A stretch of 64,000 nt of DNA, taken from contig OX597818.1 in NCBI GenBank assembly GCA_951406725.2, positions 13,392,001-13,456,000 of the forward strand, in the 5' to 3' direction. Below are positions 51,680-64,000 of the stretch, piece after piece; position 1 is the stretch's first letter; each line of letters begins with the position of its first letter. The translations under genes and the position numbers were made by a program. This stretch comes from Octopus vulgaris (lineage: Eukaryota). The notes under the pieces were generated by a model. The model worked only from the letters and a program-made list of their open reading frames with translations. It made no database searches and was not told the origin of the DNA.

Positions 51680-52655
51680 AAAGTGTTTTGAAGATTAGCA
51701 CTACGCTTGAAACACATGAGTACCAAGGAATTTGAATGAAATGGTTTAGATCCATCCATCCATCCATCCATCCATCCATCCATCCATCCATCCATCCATA
51801 TATATATATATAAGATGTGACATAATGTATTCCTTTAAAACATCACGGTAAGTGTCAGTTGTTATTCTTTTGTAAAAGTAAAAATGAAACAACATCTTGG
51901 ATCCACAAAATTCTGCCCCATACATTGACCTTCGGGTCGTCACTTTCGATTTCTCTAGTAATTTGGGGAGCTTTTGATCCCAAAATTCTTGTATTAGGCT
52001 TGTTAAGTTTTTCCTGCAACATGGAATGTTGCCTCATCCATAAAGCAAATGCAATAAAATGCGAATTTTGCAGGATAGTAATAGCACATTATTTCCTTTT
52101 CGATTTATTTATTTGACTGCTTGCAATTATTGAATTTTATATTCATAAAACCTTATATCATTATCGATTATTTTATGAGTTGTTGATCTCAATAGTTGCA
52201 GTTGAGCGGAAGATTACGGATGGACTTAGAGTGGGAGCATTGATGTGAATGTCGGATACGCTCAATGTCTCATTGAGATGTTCTTCGGCTTCCAGTCCTT
52301 GATATATATAGCATCATCGATGTTTCCATATATTGCTTATGCCAGATGCAAAGCGACTGAGGTGCCGGAGCTTCTTTCCATAGTTAGCAGGGTAATTTCT
52401 TCATATTTGAATACAAGCCTTTGTTTTGATAAAGCATGATAGGCATTCCGTTTATTTTTGTGGAGTAGTAATTGTCAAAACATAAAACAACATGAACTGC
52501 AGTCTCAGATTTAAAGTATAATATTAATAAAATTACCAATATCATAAAAATATAACTTTAATAACATTAATATGCAACAAGAATTGGGTTGCCACCTCTT
52601 CTAGAATTTACGAAATAACCTTTTGAAATTGTTTAAAGACTTTATGGACACCTTG
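51680..52655 (-). mobile_element. Decayed Tc1/mariner element (rosa/DD41D-like)
   Basis: [22 protein letters not shown]...[10 protein letters not shown] on the minus strand. The terminus reads ...tttatggacaccttg followed by TA. Confidence 0.75.
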
Positions 52656-52726
52656 TATATATACACTTATTTATATATAAAAATATATTTATGAGTGTGT
52701 GTGTGAGCATGTGTGTGTGTCTATCT

Positions 52727-52801
<75 letters not shown>

Positions 52802-52899
52802 GTATATATATATATATAATGTGTGTATTATATGGATATGCATATATATGCAATAGTATATGTGTGTGTACGTATAAATGCATGGATGAATTTTTGTTT

Positions 52900-55800
52900 C
52901 TGTAAGTTTGTATTGCGTTTTAACCGTTAGTTCTTCACCGTTAGATTTTTTTCCACAAGGTTTCTATTTTTTTTGTTCAAGCATTGACATTTACAGTAAC
53001 ACTTTATCGCACGAGATTAGACATCTGTGTTTCATCACGATACGATGTATATTTAATAAATATAGCTATGAAATTATATATTCGCTGCAGGAAAAAACAA
53101 AGCAATGAATCTTAGATTTGCAAAAGATTGATATAGCTATACAATGCTTGTCACATTGTATAGCTATATGATACACAAAGGTCAGAAATCCTTTGAATGC
53201 TATCAAGATGGAAATGTTGGTTATACCATAAATTTATTATTACACTCCAAGCTTTTGTACAATTAATGTGAACAGTCTTTATGAGAAATGACTCACATCT
53301 TTGAAGAGACGTTTTAAACATTTCAAGACAGAGTTGTATATATAGTTTTGTTTCTTTTTTCTTAAATTTTACTTTCTTTTATCAGCTTTCAGAACCTGTT
53401 CGTTGCACATATGTATCCTTTATCAGTAAAACAATTCTAATATTGAAGTTAGGTCTTGGAACAATTGCATGCAACTCGGAGGTTCGATGTTAGACATGAT
53501 CATAATTAAATGATTTATTTCACAATTTTCAAAGATCACGTCTCAGAAATGAGTTTCTTACATGTTATCAAAACATGACTCATTTTTCTGTTAGTCATAA
53601 GCATACATACAAGTACACATATGTATTATATGTGTGTATTTTCATGCATTGAATATAAAAATGCTGATATAGTTTCTTAAAATCATTCCTCAGGAATAAT
53701 CCCCAATCTGGCATTTTTCAAAACATCTATTCTTGGCATGATTTGTATACATATATCCGAATGACATACAACAACCAGAATGACATAAAAGAGTCTAGGG
53801 GCAGAGTCTAAAGTCAAAATTTAGATATCGATATGCAGTAACTTGGACTAGGTACATATAGATGAAAACTGTTCATATATGTAGTGCCACACTGTTAGCC
53901 CATTGATCTCCAATGATATATGATATATTTATACATGTAAGTGCAATGAAGTTTTGATTATTACTGTGGGAATCTCGAACATACAAGAGTATAATTATAC
54001 GTTTGATATTGAATTACAAAAGGCATAATTTCATTACATCCATACAGTTAAGCATGTGTTAATCCACTTACAAATAGCATATAATCGATGTTCACTGTAA
54101 GCAAAATGTATAGGAGTTTGATATATTCAACCTTTTTTCAAATAGACATTCCTGTTAGACTAATGTCATTTTGCTTTTTAATATTTCATTGCTACTATTG
54201 AAACGAAGATATTTATCAATACGGTTTTGTTCTACAGCAAAACATACACATTTAAAATGAAATGGCAAAGTTATCATCTACGTAATTTTCAAAGCATTCC
54301 TCTTCATTTGACAACAAAGATAATATCACTTACATTAAAGTTAATAATACAAACCTATACATTTGCAAGAGAGTCAACTTTGAAAGTTCTTTTCAATACG
54401 CGTGGATTCGGTATATTGGAATTGCCAAGAATTTTTTCCGTTTTGCTTGAAGAAGTGAAGTCTGAAACGGAAAAAAGATCTTTAAAGAGTATTATTGTGA
54501 TCATTCGGTTGTTCATTGAAATTAGATATAATCGTTATAGGCACAAATGTAATTAAGTCACATTTTCGTAAATCTTATAGATTTAGCATCAAAATAAATG
54601 TTTCTATAGATGCTGGTGCTAACAGAGAATCAGTTTATACACATTTTTCAGTCATGTAGAGATTTAAGAATTACAGACGCTTCGTAGTTAATATGATAAT
54701 TTACAGATTAGCTTCCGGCCGTGTTCTAAACAAACAGAATTTGTGACTCACTTTAAAAAAGACGAAAATGAAACCGTTTAATACTACGATACATGGCTAC
54801 ATATTTATAAGAAAGTATAAGGAATGAAACTCATAGTAATTGTATAGGTATCAGTCACTGGAAATAACCGAGTCAGAATTAAGTGGTATAGTTTACAGGA
54901 TATAAAGAATCATTTTGAGGGATGTTGCTTCTCTTTGATCCACAGAAAATAATTGGTTATGATTTTTATGTGTTGTTAATTGATGGTAAAGAATATTACT
55001 TGAACATATTTCTTTGTGTGTTGCATCGCTAATGTATTAATGTAAAATATATGAGGAATGGCTACCATATAGGCATATATACATACGAGTGAGAAGATCT
55101 CAGTACAGAAAGTACATTTTTCAGATTTTAGGTAACACCCTACCATTATATTGAATAATTCTTAAACTATTTATTCATAAAATAGGGAATCTACGGAGAA
55201 TCCATATTTCTTACGAATTGGAACGGAGTAACTCCCTGCATGGTCATTTATTACAAAATATAATATACCTCGTACATATTTGTGAATTTATTCCTTATCT
55301 TATCTAAGAACATCCTTTGTTATTTCTTGGGATATTCCATATATAAAATGTTAAGTTATAAGGAATTTTGTTCCTTTTATTCATTGCTGAGGCAGGGTCT
55401 TGTTTAATTGTGACATATTTCTTTCTTTCAGAAATTCATAGAATTTAAATTTATAAAATCAAGTATAATGTTTTCTTTCTTCTGAAAATAGTATAATAAA
55501 AATTCAATACATTTTCTTAAACAGTCGAGACATTGATATATAGAAGTAAAAATCTGTAGAATTCTGATAATTCGAGTTGTAAATATCAAATATTCCGAGA
55601 AACTTCGTTCGTTTAATAACTTGTAAACTTACATAAGGTATAATTAATTACATATGATATACTTTCATGCAAACCGATGATAGTATGAGATAATTAACTT
55701 CAAATTCAAGCTAAGTTAAACGAGATTGTCGATTCTAATAAGTTATGAAGCATTTTAAGTGTATCATTCTCTACAATAAATTATTAATGAATGTAGTTAT

Positions 55801-58100
55801 TTTACGAGCTTCAGTTTTCTCTCCGAAGGAACAGAATTGTAATCATGACATTCAGCTACCTTCATCTTATGGCTTTTGCGGGCTTGTGTTCCTCATAAGA
55901 TATTATATAATGCGAGTGTAATGGGAAAGAGATTTTGGTAAGTATCTCTAGCAGGTTCATCTCTCATATACAGACTGCCTGCAATGCGCTTTATTTGCAT
56001 AAGTTTATAAATTAGACGTGTCTCGATCAATTTTCTGACCTGTCCAAACATTTGAGTTTTATATACAATGCTGAACGAATGAAATTACCAACAATGCAGA
56101 TGGTGAACATTTGATTTACTGTGAATTACACTGATAAAATCCTTAAATAATTCAATGTGATTATAAACAGAAATTCCTATATAGCACAATGATTAAGTAT
56201 ATTTCTGTACAATTTTCCATTCTGATATAATACTGCTGCGACAAAAAAATAAAGCTCTTCATGATATTAAATACTACGCTCAATCTAGATATTTAGCAGA
56301 AGCCAAATCAAAACTTCAACATCAATTAGTAATCTTCATCAATGAATATATTGTTTTACATTCTACAAAGATAAGAATACGAAATTTGGTAAGTTTCATC
56401 GATGTTACTAAGCGATACCATTGATTCACTTATTTTTCTTCAAAATGTTGTCAAATAAAGTACGCTTATATGCCAAAATAATTGAATACTTTGTTATGAA
56501 ATTATTGAAATCATACGCACACATACACATGCGTACATGCGCCTACACACCTGATAACAGAATTAGGGGGAAAAAATTGTTTTCGAGTAGCTAAAATTAC
56601 TCGTTAGATAAACAACTCTCTATGGTGCCAAATAAACACAACATAAATGCGATTGCCTCTTCCATTAGTGTATATAGTTATATTATAGACCTTATCGTGT
56701 GTAATGGTTTTTTTCCGTCTGAAAGATAACGATATATAGCATATCGGTAACATATCTTATGTCATTTATATATTTACCATAAATAAACTATTTTCTGTAA
56801 ATGAAGTGACAAAACATGATTAAAATTAAATATTGAACTTGCTGTAATTGCCAAATATACATATAATTAATAATGATTTTCTTAAAATGTTATTAACCGT
56901 AGACTTTGATAAATCACTGCCAATCGTAAACAATATGATGCTTCTGATCTACTACAATCACGTTCAGTTCTGATAGTTTCAGATAACTAATTATTGAATT
57001 CCTTTATTTCCAGAGTATAATCGTATGAACATAGCCTGATGAATGAGACGATATATAGTAAATAGGTCTTACAGTTTAGCATGTTAAACTCAAAATACTT
57101 ATAACTACGGTTTAATAAGGGCTCAATTCTTTTAGAGACAAGCTTGTATCACTAAAAACGCATTTAGCTTGGGTGAATGTCATCTGAAATATTAACTGAG
57201 GTCAGGAAATTAATAGCACGGTTTATAGAATTGCTCATTGAGTTGAGTGATTGTAAATCCATGCATCTACGGCTTTTCATCATGAACATATGTATATATG
57301 TTGTGGCCTATTGAAATTACCACTATTCAAAAATAACCACTATTGCATTCCATCTAGGTTTCCTCTTACGGACAGACAATACTCCCAAATATTGCCATTA
57401 CTCCAAAGCACAAATCTTTCTTTCAAAGAACTATTATTTCAATGAGGTTAAATCTGCTTCTTGCTTCCAAAATAAATATCATCTTAAGATTTATCGAAAG
57501 TAAGGATCAATCAAATAACAATATGCAAACGTTAATACTGCACCGGTAATATAAGGTATGAAACGATATGCAGCAGCTTCTATTATCCAAAATATTGCGT
57601 AGGAAGAGTCTTGTAAAACTGGGTGCATAATTCTTGCTTCCAATGTCTCAACGATGTTCCGATAAGTCTGTTTCGAACACGCCATCGGTACAAACCGCAT
57701 CAATGCAAGAATTACTGATAGATTAGCGCTGACTTTTTACATGCCGCAAAATAATTGTTATAAAATGAAGCATAACGCAATTTGCATTGTTCCCGAGAAT
57801 CTCTTCAGTTATTTCGAGAATTAAGTACTATTTTCTATTTTTATTTCTAAATGTCATCATCAAAAGAGATGTTGCACGTCATTAGAGTTTAGAGATTTTT
57901 AGGAGAAAATGTTAAATCTTTTCTTTATATTAATTCTACTGGTAAGTTGTGTTGTATTAAATATCTCAAAAATTAAAGCGTTCGTCTTTCATAATGTATA
58001 TGATGTGGTAAGTCTAGTGTTTTTTCCTGGCTGAAAAATTGAGTTTAAACACAATGTGAACGCACAGTGTTCAAGTATCGATTCTGGAGTTTACAAAATT
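52900..58100 (-). pseudogene. Tandem array of about 3-4 decayed Srw/dmsr-like GPCR pseudogenes
   Basis: HLILTRLFPVTDTYTITMSFIPYTFL (54808-54885, TM2-like). SVILALMRFV and YAIFWIIEAAAYRFIPYITGAVLT (ORF 57491-57703, TM3/TM5-like). NSINRAINFL (~57200-57235, TM7). FTICIVGNFI (~56080-56110, TM1). IKLLYILLTV and MFEIPTVI (~53960-54125, TM5/TM6). Confidence 0.5.
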
Positions 58101-58620
58101 AATTTCTTGAGCGTCACTAATGCCCATAAGGATAACACGTAAACAGAAAAGAAACTTCCGGTTCACTTTCTCCACGCATATTTCTAGCCGAAAGCATATG
58201 TAAACAAAAATCAATATTTTATTGTATGAGTAAAAAGCTTTCCAGATTTACAAATGTCAATTTAAGTATCTCCAGTCCTGAATTCAAGTTCTCCAGCATA
58301 GTCCTCCCCACCCGTCCCTTTTTTGTCTCAGCTATTTTTTTCATTCGTCGTTCACACAACGATAACCCTTTGTATCGTAGATAATTTTGCAGAAGAAAAG
58401 GAATATTAAATGAATAGTCAAATATTATGTGTTTATGTGATTGTAGCGAAAACTTCACTGTGGATGATTTAGTCTGAATTTTACAATGGTGTAGAATTAT
58501 TTATCTAACCTGATACAGCTGGTTTTAATTAAATTTCTGTCTTCAAATTTCGTCATACATACTTTCATAAATATATTCGAATACACACACATACACACAC
58601 ATACACACACTCACACACAC

Positions 58621-58740
58621 ATACACGCGTGCATACACACATACACGCGTGCACACACACATACACGCGTGCACACACACATACACGCGTGCACACACAC
58701 ATACACGCGTGCACACACACATACACGCCTGCACACACAC
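58621..58740. repeat. 20-bp minisatellite (atacacgcgtgcacacacac) x6
   Basis: Seen directly. Confidence 0.95.
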
Positions 58741-58844
58741 AGACACGCACACATGTACACATATGCATACGCATATATGTGTATGTGTACATGAATGTTT
58801 ACACGCTCATCTATGTATGTAAGTATGACACACACACAAACATA

Positions 58845-58892
<48 letters not shown>

Positions 58893-58897
<5 letters not shown>

Positions 58898-59600
58898 GAG
58901 TGAAAATAAGAAAAGTTATAACTTAAAATTGCAGCAGAGATTTGGACATGATATAAGAAACATTGTATTAATAAATAAACAAAGTAAAGCTATGATCATT
59001 AATTTCCTTTTTTCAAGTTTTGAAAGTTCTTACGATCGTTTCATGAATATACTACCTCGCAAAATGAAATTTTAAGTCGATAAGTATCGTTGGGAAATAT
59101 ATCCGCACTTCAGAGAAGAGAATGAGGGGAGTGCTATTTAAAATCTAATGACAAAGGTGTTGTTTAAAAAATTATTGGCATAAATATGTCTTGGTATAAA
59201 GTTGAGCTAGAAATTTTGAAAACAGTAAAACAATTCCATGATAAAAATCCTGCGTAAAAATCTGTAATGGCTGTGTAGAAATTGATACCAATAACATTTT
59301 AAACAACACCTTTCCTATTCGATTTTAAATAGCATTTTTCTCATTCAATTTCCTCCACTAAAATTCATCGTTTTCACTGATGAGTGGATATACTTCTCAA
59401 CGATGTTTTTCAACTTTAGATTTGGTTTTGAAAGGTAGTATATCCATGAAATGTTCGTAAGAACTTTCAAAACTTAAAAACAAGATGTTAATGATCATTG
59501 ATTTACTTCATCTATTTATTTATTAATACGATATTGCGTATATAATGTACTTATCTATTTTCATTTTATGATATAACTTTTTCTACTTTTACTCTCTGAT
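58893..59600. repeat. Inverted pseudo-LTR pair (~290-310-bp arms, ~105-bp spacer), each arm carrying an HHR motif
   Basis: 58893-59180 is the reverse complement of 59285-59600. HHR motifs lie at 59027-59117 (minus) and 59372-59463 (plus). Confidence 0.85.
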
Positions 59601-59631
59601 GTATAACCACTCTCATTGAACCTCTAAATAT

Positions 59632-59960
59632 CTATATATATAAAATTAGAAAAAAACACCTTTTATCAATTCAAAATGAACAATTAACTTACACCATCTA
59701 GAAAATTACATATAATAGAAATATTAAAATTAAAATAACAATAAAATGTCAATGATTGAGTAAATTTCAAAAAAACAATACAAAAATATATAATTTATAT
59801 ATATTTTTATTATTATTTTGCAATTTTCTTAATCATTGACATTTTATTGTTATTTTAATTTTAATATTTCTATTATATGTAATTTTCTAGATGGTGTAAT
59901 TTAATTGCTCATTTTGAAATGATAAAATATATTTTTGTTTTCTAATTTTTTATATATATA
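59632..59960. repeat. AT-rich palindrome with ~160-bp arms and almost no spacer
   Basis: ttacaccatctagaaaattacatataatagaaatattaaaattaaaataacaataaaatgtcaatgatt has its reverse complement at about 59830-59900. Confidence 0.9.
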
Positions 59961-60055
59961 TTATGTTGTGTGAAATTTGATTTAGTATTTCTAGATTGAT
60001 TGATTTTTTTCCTTGTAAGTTTGGATATTATTCCCTCAAATAATAAGTATATATT

Positions 60056-60143
<88 letters not shown>

Positions 60144-60188
60144 TATGTATGTATATGTATATGTATATGTATATATATATATGTGTGT

Positions 60189-60219
<31 letters not shown>

Positions 60220-60223
60220 CACA

Positions 60224-60282
<59 letters not shown>

Positions 60283-60604
60283 TATATGAGTGTGTGTATT
60301 CGTATTGAAGTCGCATGGCTTATAGTTAGAAAGTTGCATTTAAGTTTGCAAGATTGCGGTTGCGACTCCTAGACTGATCGATGCGTTACGGTGCGTTGCT
60401 TCGGCATTTCTTCAATGTTTATGGGTTGTAGGTTAAATCTTGTAGAAAATAATAAAATTCAGGAGCTAATTTTCTTTCAAGCAAACGGCAAGCTCGGTTT
60501 TAGTCAATGTTCTCTACTCTGAATATATGTTTGATGATTTTCTGTCTTTTTATAAGCATAATTTTTTTCTAATCTTTTCAACTTTTGCCGATGATATATA
60601 TAAC

Positions 60605-60996
60605 CCTTTCGACTATAAGTACAAGGCCTGAAATTTTGGGTGTAGGGAATTCGATTAGATCTACTCCAGTACGAAACTCGTACTTAATCTATCGACTCCG
60701 AAAGAATGAAAGGCAAAGTCGACCTCGGCAGAATTTGAACTAAGAACCTGAGGGCAGACGAAATACCTATTTCTTTACTACCCACAAGGAGCTAAACACA
60801 GAGAGGACAAACAAGGACAGACAAACGGATTAAGTCGATTATATCGTCCCCAGTGCGTAAATGGTACTTATTTAATCGACACCGAAAGGATGAAAGGCGA
60901 AGTCGACCTCGGCGGAATTTGAACTGAGAACGTAGCGCCAGACGAAAAACCGCTAAGCATTCCCGGGGTTCTAACGATTCTGCCAGCTCGCTACCC
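60605..60996 (-). mobile_element. Dimeric tRNA-derived SINE with a Meta-domain-like core
   Basis: Minus strand: A-box-like tggcagaatcgtt and B-box gttcaaattcc, then core gcctttcatcctttcggtgtcgat...aagtacca. The B-box plus core occurs twice. Confidence 0.85.
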
Positions 60997-61049
60997 TCGA
61001 TGATATGTAGAATGGAACCGTGCATAGTTTGTACTGCTTATTCTAAGTA

Positions 61050-62150
61050 ATGTTTACTATTCTTTGAGTAGCACCAGAATTGTGCTTTGTCTTGAACGGA
61101 CCACCTTACATTTGCATAAACACGGTGTTCATTGCTTCAATAGCTTGTGTCTCCAGTGTAACTTTAGTGTCCATGAATGTCTGTACTTTCCTTATTAACG
61201 TGCTGTGGCTGTAACTAATTCACGCTTTATTTTTAACTAATCATTGGTAATGTCTTCTTGCATTTGTTTTTCTTTTCTATTGAGGTACACAGAGTTACGA
61301 TATCATAAAATAATGTGTATGCTGTCTCTGAATAGAAAAAAAACAATTAAACAAGCAGTCACACTTTGTTGAATACAACAATATAAAATTTAAATCAATG
61401 GGAAATATTCTAAATCACGAATGGAAAAAAAGGGCAGGGAACAAAGCGCAAAATGCAATAACAACTGACTACCTGGTCACTGCAAATTTTTCAGTTGTTT
61501 TATGGAGAGGAACGTTTTCGCTTATTACACTCATGGATTCTTTGAGATTTGAAAAAATACCACTTTTTTAAGCGCGTACTTTATCAGTTACTTAACTTTT
61601 GACTACATTCTTTGTTATGATGTATTCGTAAAGTTTTGGTTTCATCTATTTCTTTTTAAATTTTCCCTTTCCGATATGCATTCCATCCAGTTGATAGGTA
61701 ATTTACTTTTTGCTATATAATGTTCCTTTGGTGTTTAGTCGACTGTTGATATTCCTATAAGTGTAAATGTACCATAGACCTTTGTAATTATCGTGGACGT
61801 AGCATATATTAGTTTCTGTTATACGATGATAATAATATCACTATTTTATTACATATGACCAGATTTATGGCTTCTTTTCTTGCTTTTAGATTTTCCCCCA
61901 GTCGTGTATTTCGTTTGTACTTTGAAACATATTCTATTGGCTTGTTTTTAACTACTCCCACAATTATATTGCCAGGTTCAAAGGAAAATATGTCACCTTT
62001 TTGAAATTTTTGGTGTCTTTGCAGATTTCCTTTTTCACACATTACGTTTCGAAATATAACTCTATGCACCCCACAAAAAGAAAAAAAAACAAAACCTTCA
62101 AACATTACAATGCAGAATAAACATTCGCACAGATAAACTCTAATGAATAC
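61050..62150 (-). pseudogene. Possible decayed GPCR copy
   Basis: TM2-like TYFPLNLAI* (~61965-61995) and TM7-like AMNTVFMQM*GGPFK (~61090-61137). Confidence 0.25.
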
Positions 62151-62436
62151 ATTTCATATAGAGACGAACGACGCAAAATATATGACTTCAAGAAAAAAAG
62201 TGGCATGATTGTGTACAATGCGTCAAACATATATGATGTCCCGCATAGTTTGCTAAGCAAAAGGCTGATATGTGTGTGTGTGTGTGTATGTGTGTATGCA
62301 TGTATGCAAGTATATATGTAAACTACTATTCAAAACTATAAAGGCACGAACACATTTTCATTTATTTCTAGATTCATTTCTTTCGGAAGATATTCGATTC
62401 AATTGTATTCTCCGTCATCCAAATTATATTTCTAGT

Positions 62437-63180
62437 ATGACTAAAGCTAGAAACCTTTCCAAAATTGAGCAAGGGAGGATTCTTTCACTGCAAATGGAAG
62501 GTATAAGTAAACGGAACATTGCCGTGTAGATTCAACGAAGCAGAAAGCCAGTGGACATTCTTCTGAAAGATCCTGAAATCTACAACAGGGTTCATGCTGG
62601 TGGACGTCCCAAGACTTCATAGCGAAGGCATGAAAGTGCCATTATCAGAACTGTGAACAACCCACACTGCTCGTTTGTTTCCAAAATCATTATATCAGTA
62701 GGAGTAATAGCCTCGACGTCCACTGTAACAAGAGTGATTTTGAACCATGGTTTCTACATGGAGTAGCGGCTAGAGTCCATTAATGTCACCTTCCCTCAAA
62801 GCTGATAGATTGGAGTTTGCTCGGCAGCATCAGGCGTGGGATGGTGAATGGAGCAGTGTTCAGTTCTCTGCCGAGGAAAATGCAATTTGGATGGTCCCAG
62901 TGGTTATAAGTATAACTGGGCAGATAAGTGTATACAAAATTCTACTTATTCCAAATGGCAAGACAGCGAAGGAGGTCTTATGGTGTGGAGAACAATAACG
63001 GCTAATGGGAATCTGCCACTTGTCAGCACGAATGGCCGTTTCAGTGCTGCACGATACATCAATATGTTGGAATGGTCTCACAGTAAATAAGGAGGAAGGC
63101 TTCACAAAAAGAACTTCATACTTCAACAGGACAATGCTCCCATTCATAAAGCAAACACAATATCGGATTTCCTCCATGTA
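62437..63180 (+). mobile_element. Tc3/Tc1-like transposase pseudogene, truncated by a PLE-type insertion
   Basis: MTKARNLSKIEQGRIL...GGRP, RLEFARQH..W, KCNLDGP, GGLMVW and QQDNAPIHKA. Confidence 0.88.
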
Positions 63181-64000
63181 ACCACTATCAGGCAAATCAA
63201 ACAATGAAAAACTTAAGCCAATACATAAAATTAATTACTTTATATTATTTTAAATATATATCAAAAGTATTAAAAGTTTAATAAAAGATAATGAGTAAAA
63301 CACTACGATCGTTTCATGGCTGTCCAATAAGTAAAAATTCGAGTTATGGTTACAGTCAATCTTCAGGTAATTGAAATATCTAAAATATAATCAGAAATAT
63401 TTAAACAATATTTTTAAGATATAAAAAATATAATAATTTTACTTATAATAAACTCTATTATCAAACTAGAAACATAGAACTTAACAATTATGATTATATC
63501 AAATCGACTATAATGTTAAATATTAATTTTAATTTATAAGGTAGGAAACCCACCAATAAGCTAATATAGGTATTAGTCTATATCTAATTACATAAATATT
63601 TAAAAATGACTAATATATATAAATTATCAATGAAAATATATAAATGTATATAAATATTATAATTAAGATCTAAAATAATCTCTATAAATAAATATATATG
63701 CACATATAATAAAAACCTAATAAATTTAATTTTTAATATTTAAAGATGAAATAGCTAATTTCAAAATACAAATAAACAAACTTAAACGAACTTTCGGAAA
63801 TCTTATGTAAAATACTTATAGAAATAATCAATTCGTAGTAATATAGTATCGAATAAATACTATAAATACTATAAATATAATTATCAATGGGAACAACTAG
63901 CGAATATCAATTTAAAGAAATAACTAAGTTATGCTATTAAATTAGACATGGCCTGGATCAATCTTTAGTCGAAACATAACTAAGTTTATCAAAGTTTATC
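63181..64000 (-). mobile_element. AT-rich PLE-type pseudo-LTR/3' region with HHR at 63301-63369
   Basis: 63181-63490 is the reverse complement of 31375-31710. The minus strand reads tac-CTGAAGA-ttgactgt...acagccat-GAAA-cgatcg-TA-gtg. Confidence 0.8.

Overview
AT-rich, microsatellite-saturated eukaryotic DNA. The SINE types and the (TA)n/(CA)n/(TATC)n load suggest a coleoid cephalopod such as Octopus; this is an inference, not a database result. I see no intact host gene. The window is a mosaic of decayed transposons: hAT, several Tc1/mariner lineages, piggyBac, Helitrons, a solo LTR, a Ginger-like MITE, CR1-like and Hero-like LINE ends, tRNA-derived SINEs, and two clear Penelope-like elements (PLEs) plus a third decayed one. 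Two hidden layers stand out. (1) At least ten type-I hammerhead ribozyme (HHR) motifs from several PLE/pseudo-LTR families, mostly beside (TA)n tracts and usually with palindromic helix III. They include copies with intact cores, inverted pairs, one nested in the loop of another, and a CCGANGA-core variant supported by covariation between two copies. (2) The non-TE background looks like a long, same-strand (minus) array of heavily decayed peptide-receptor-like (Srw/dmsr-type) GPCR pseudogenes. Several long fold-back inverted repeats could form dsRNA. All motif calls were made by eye.
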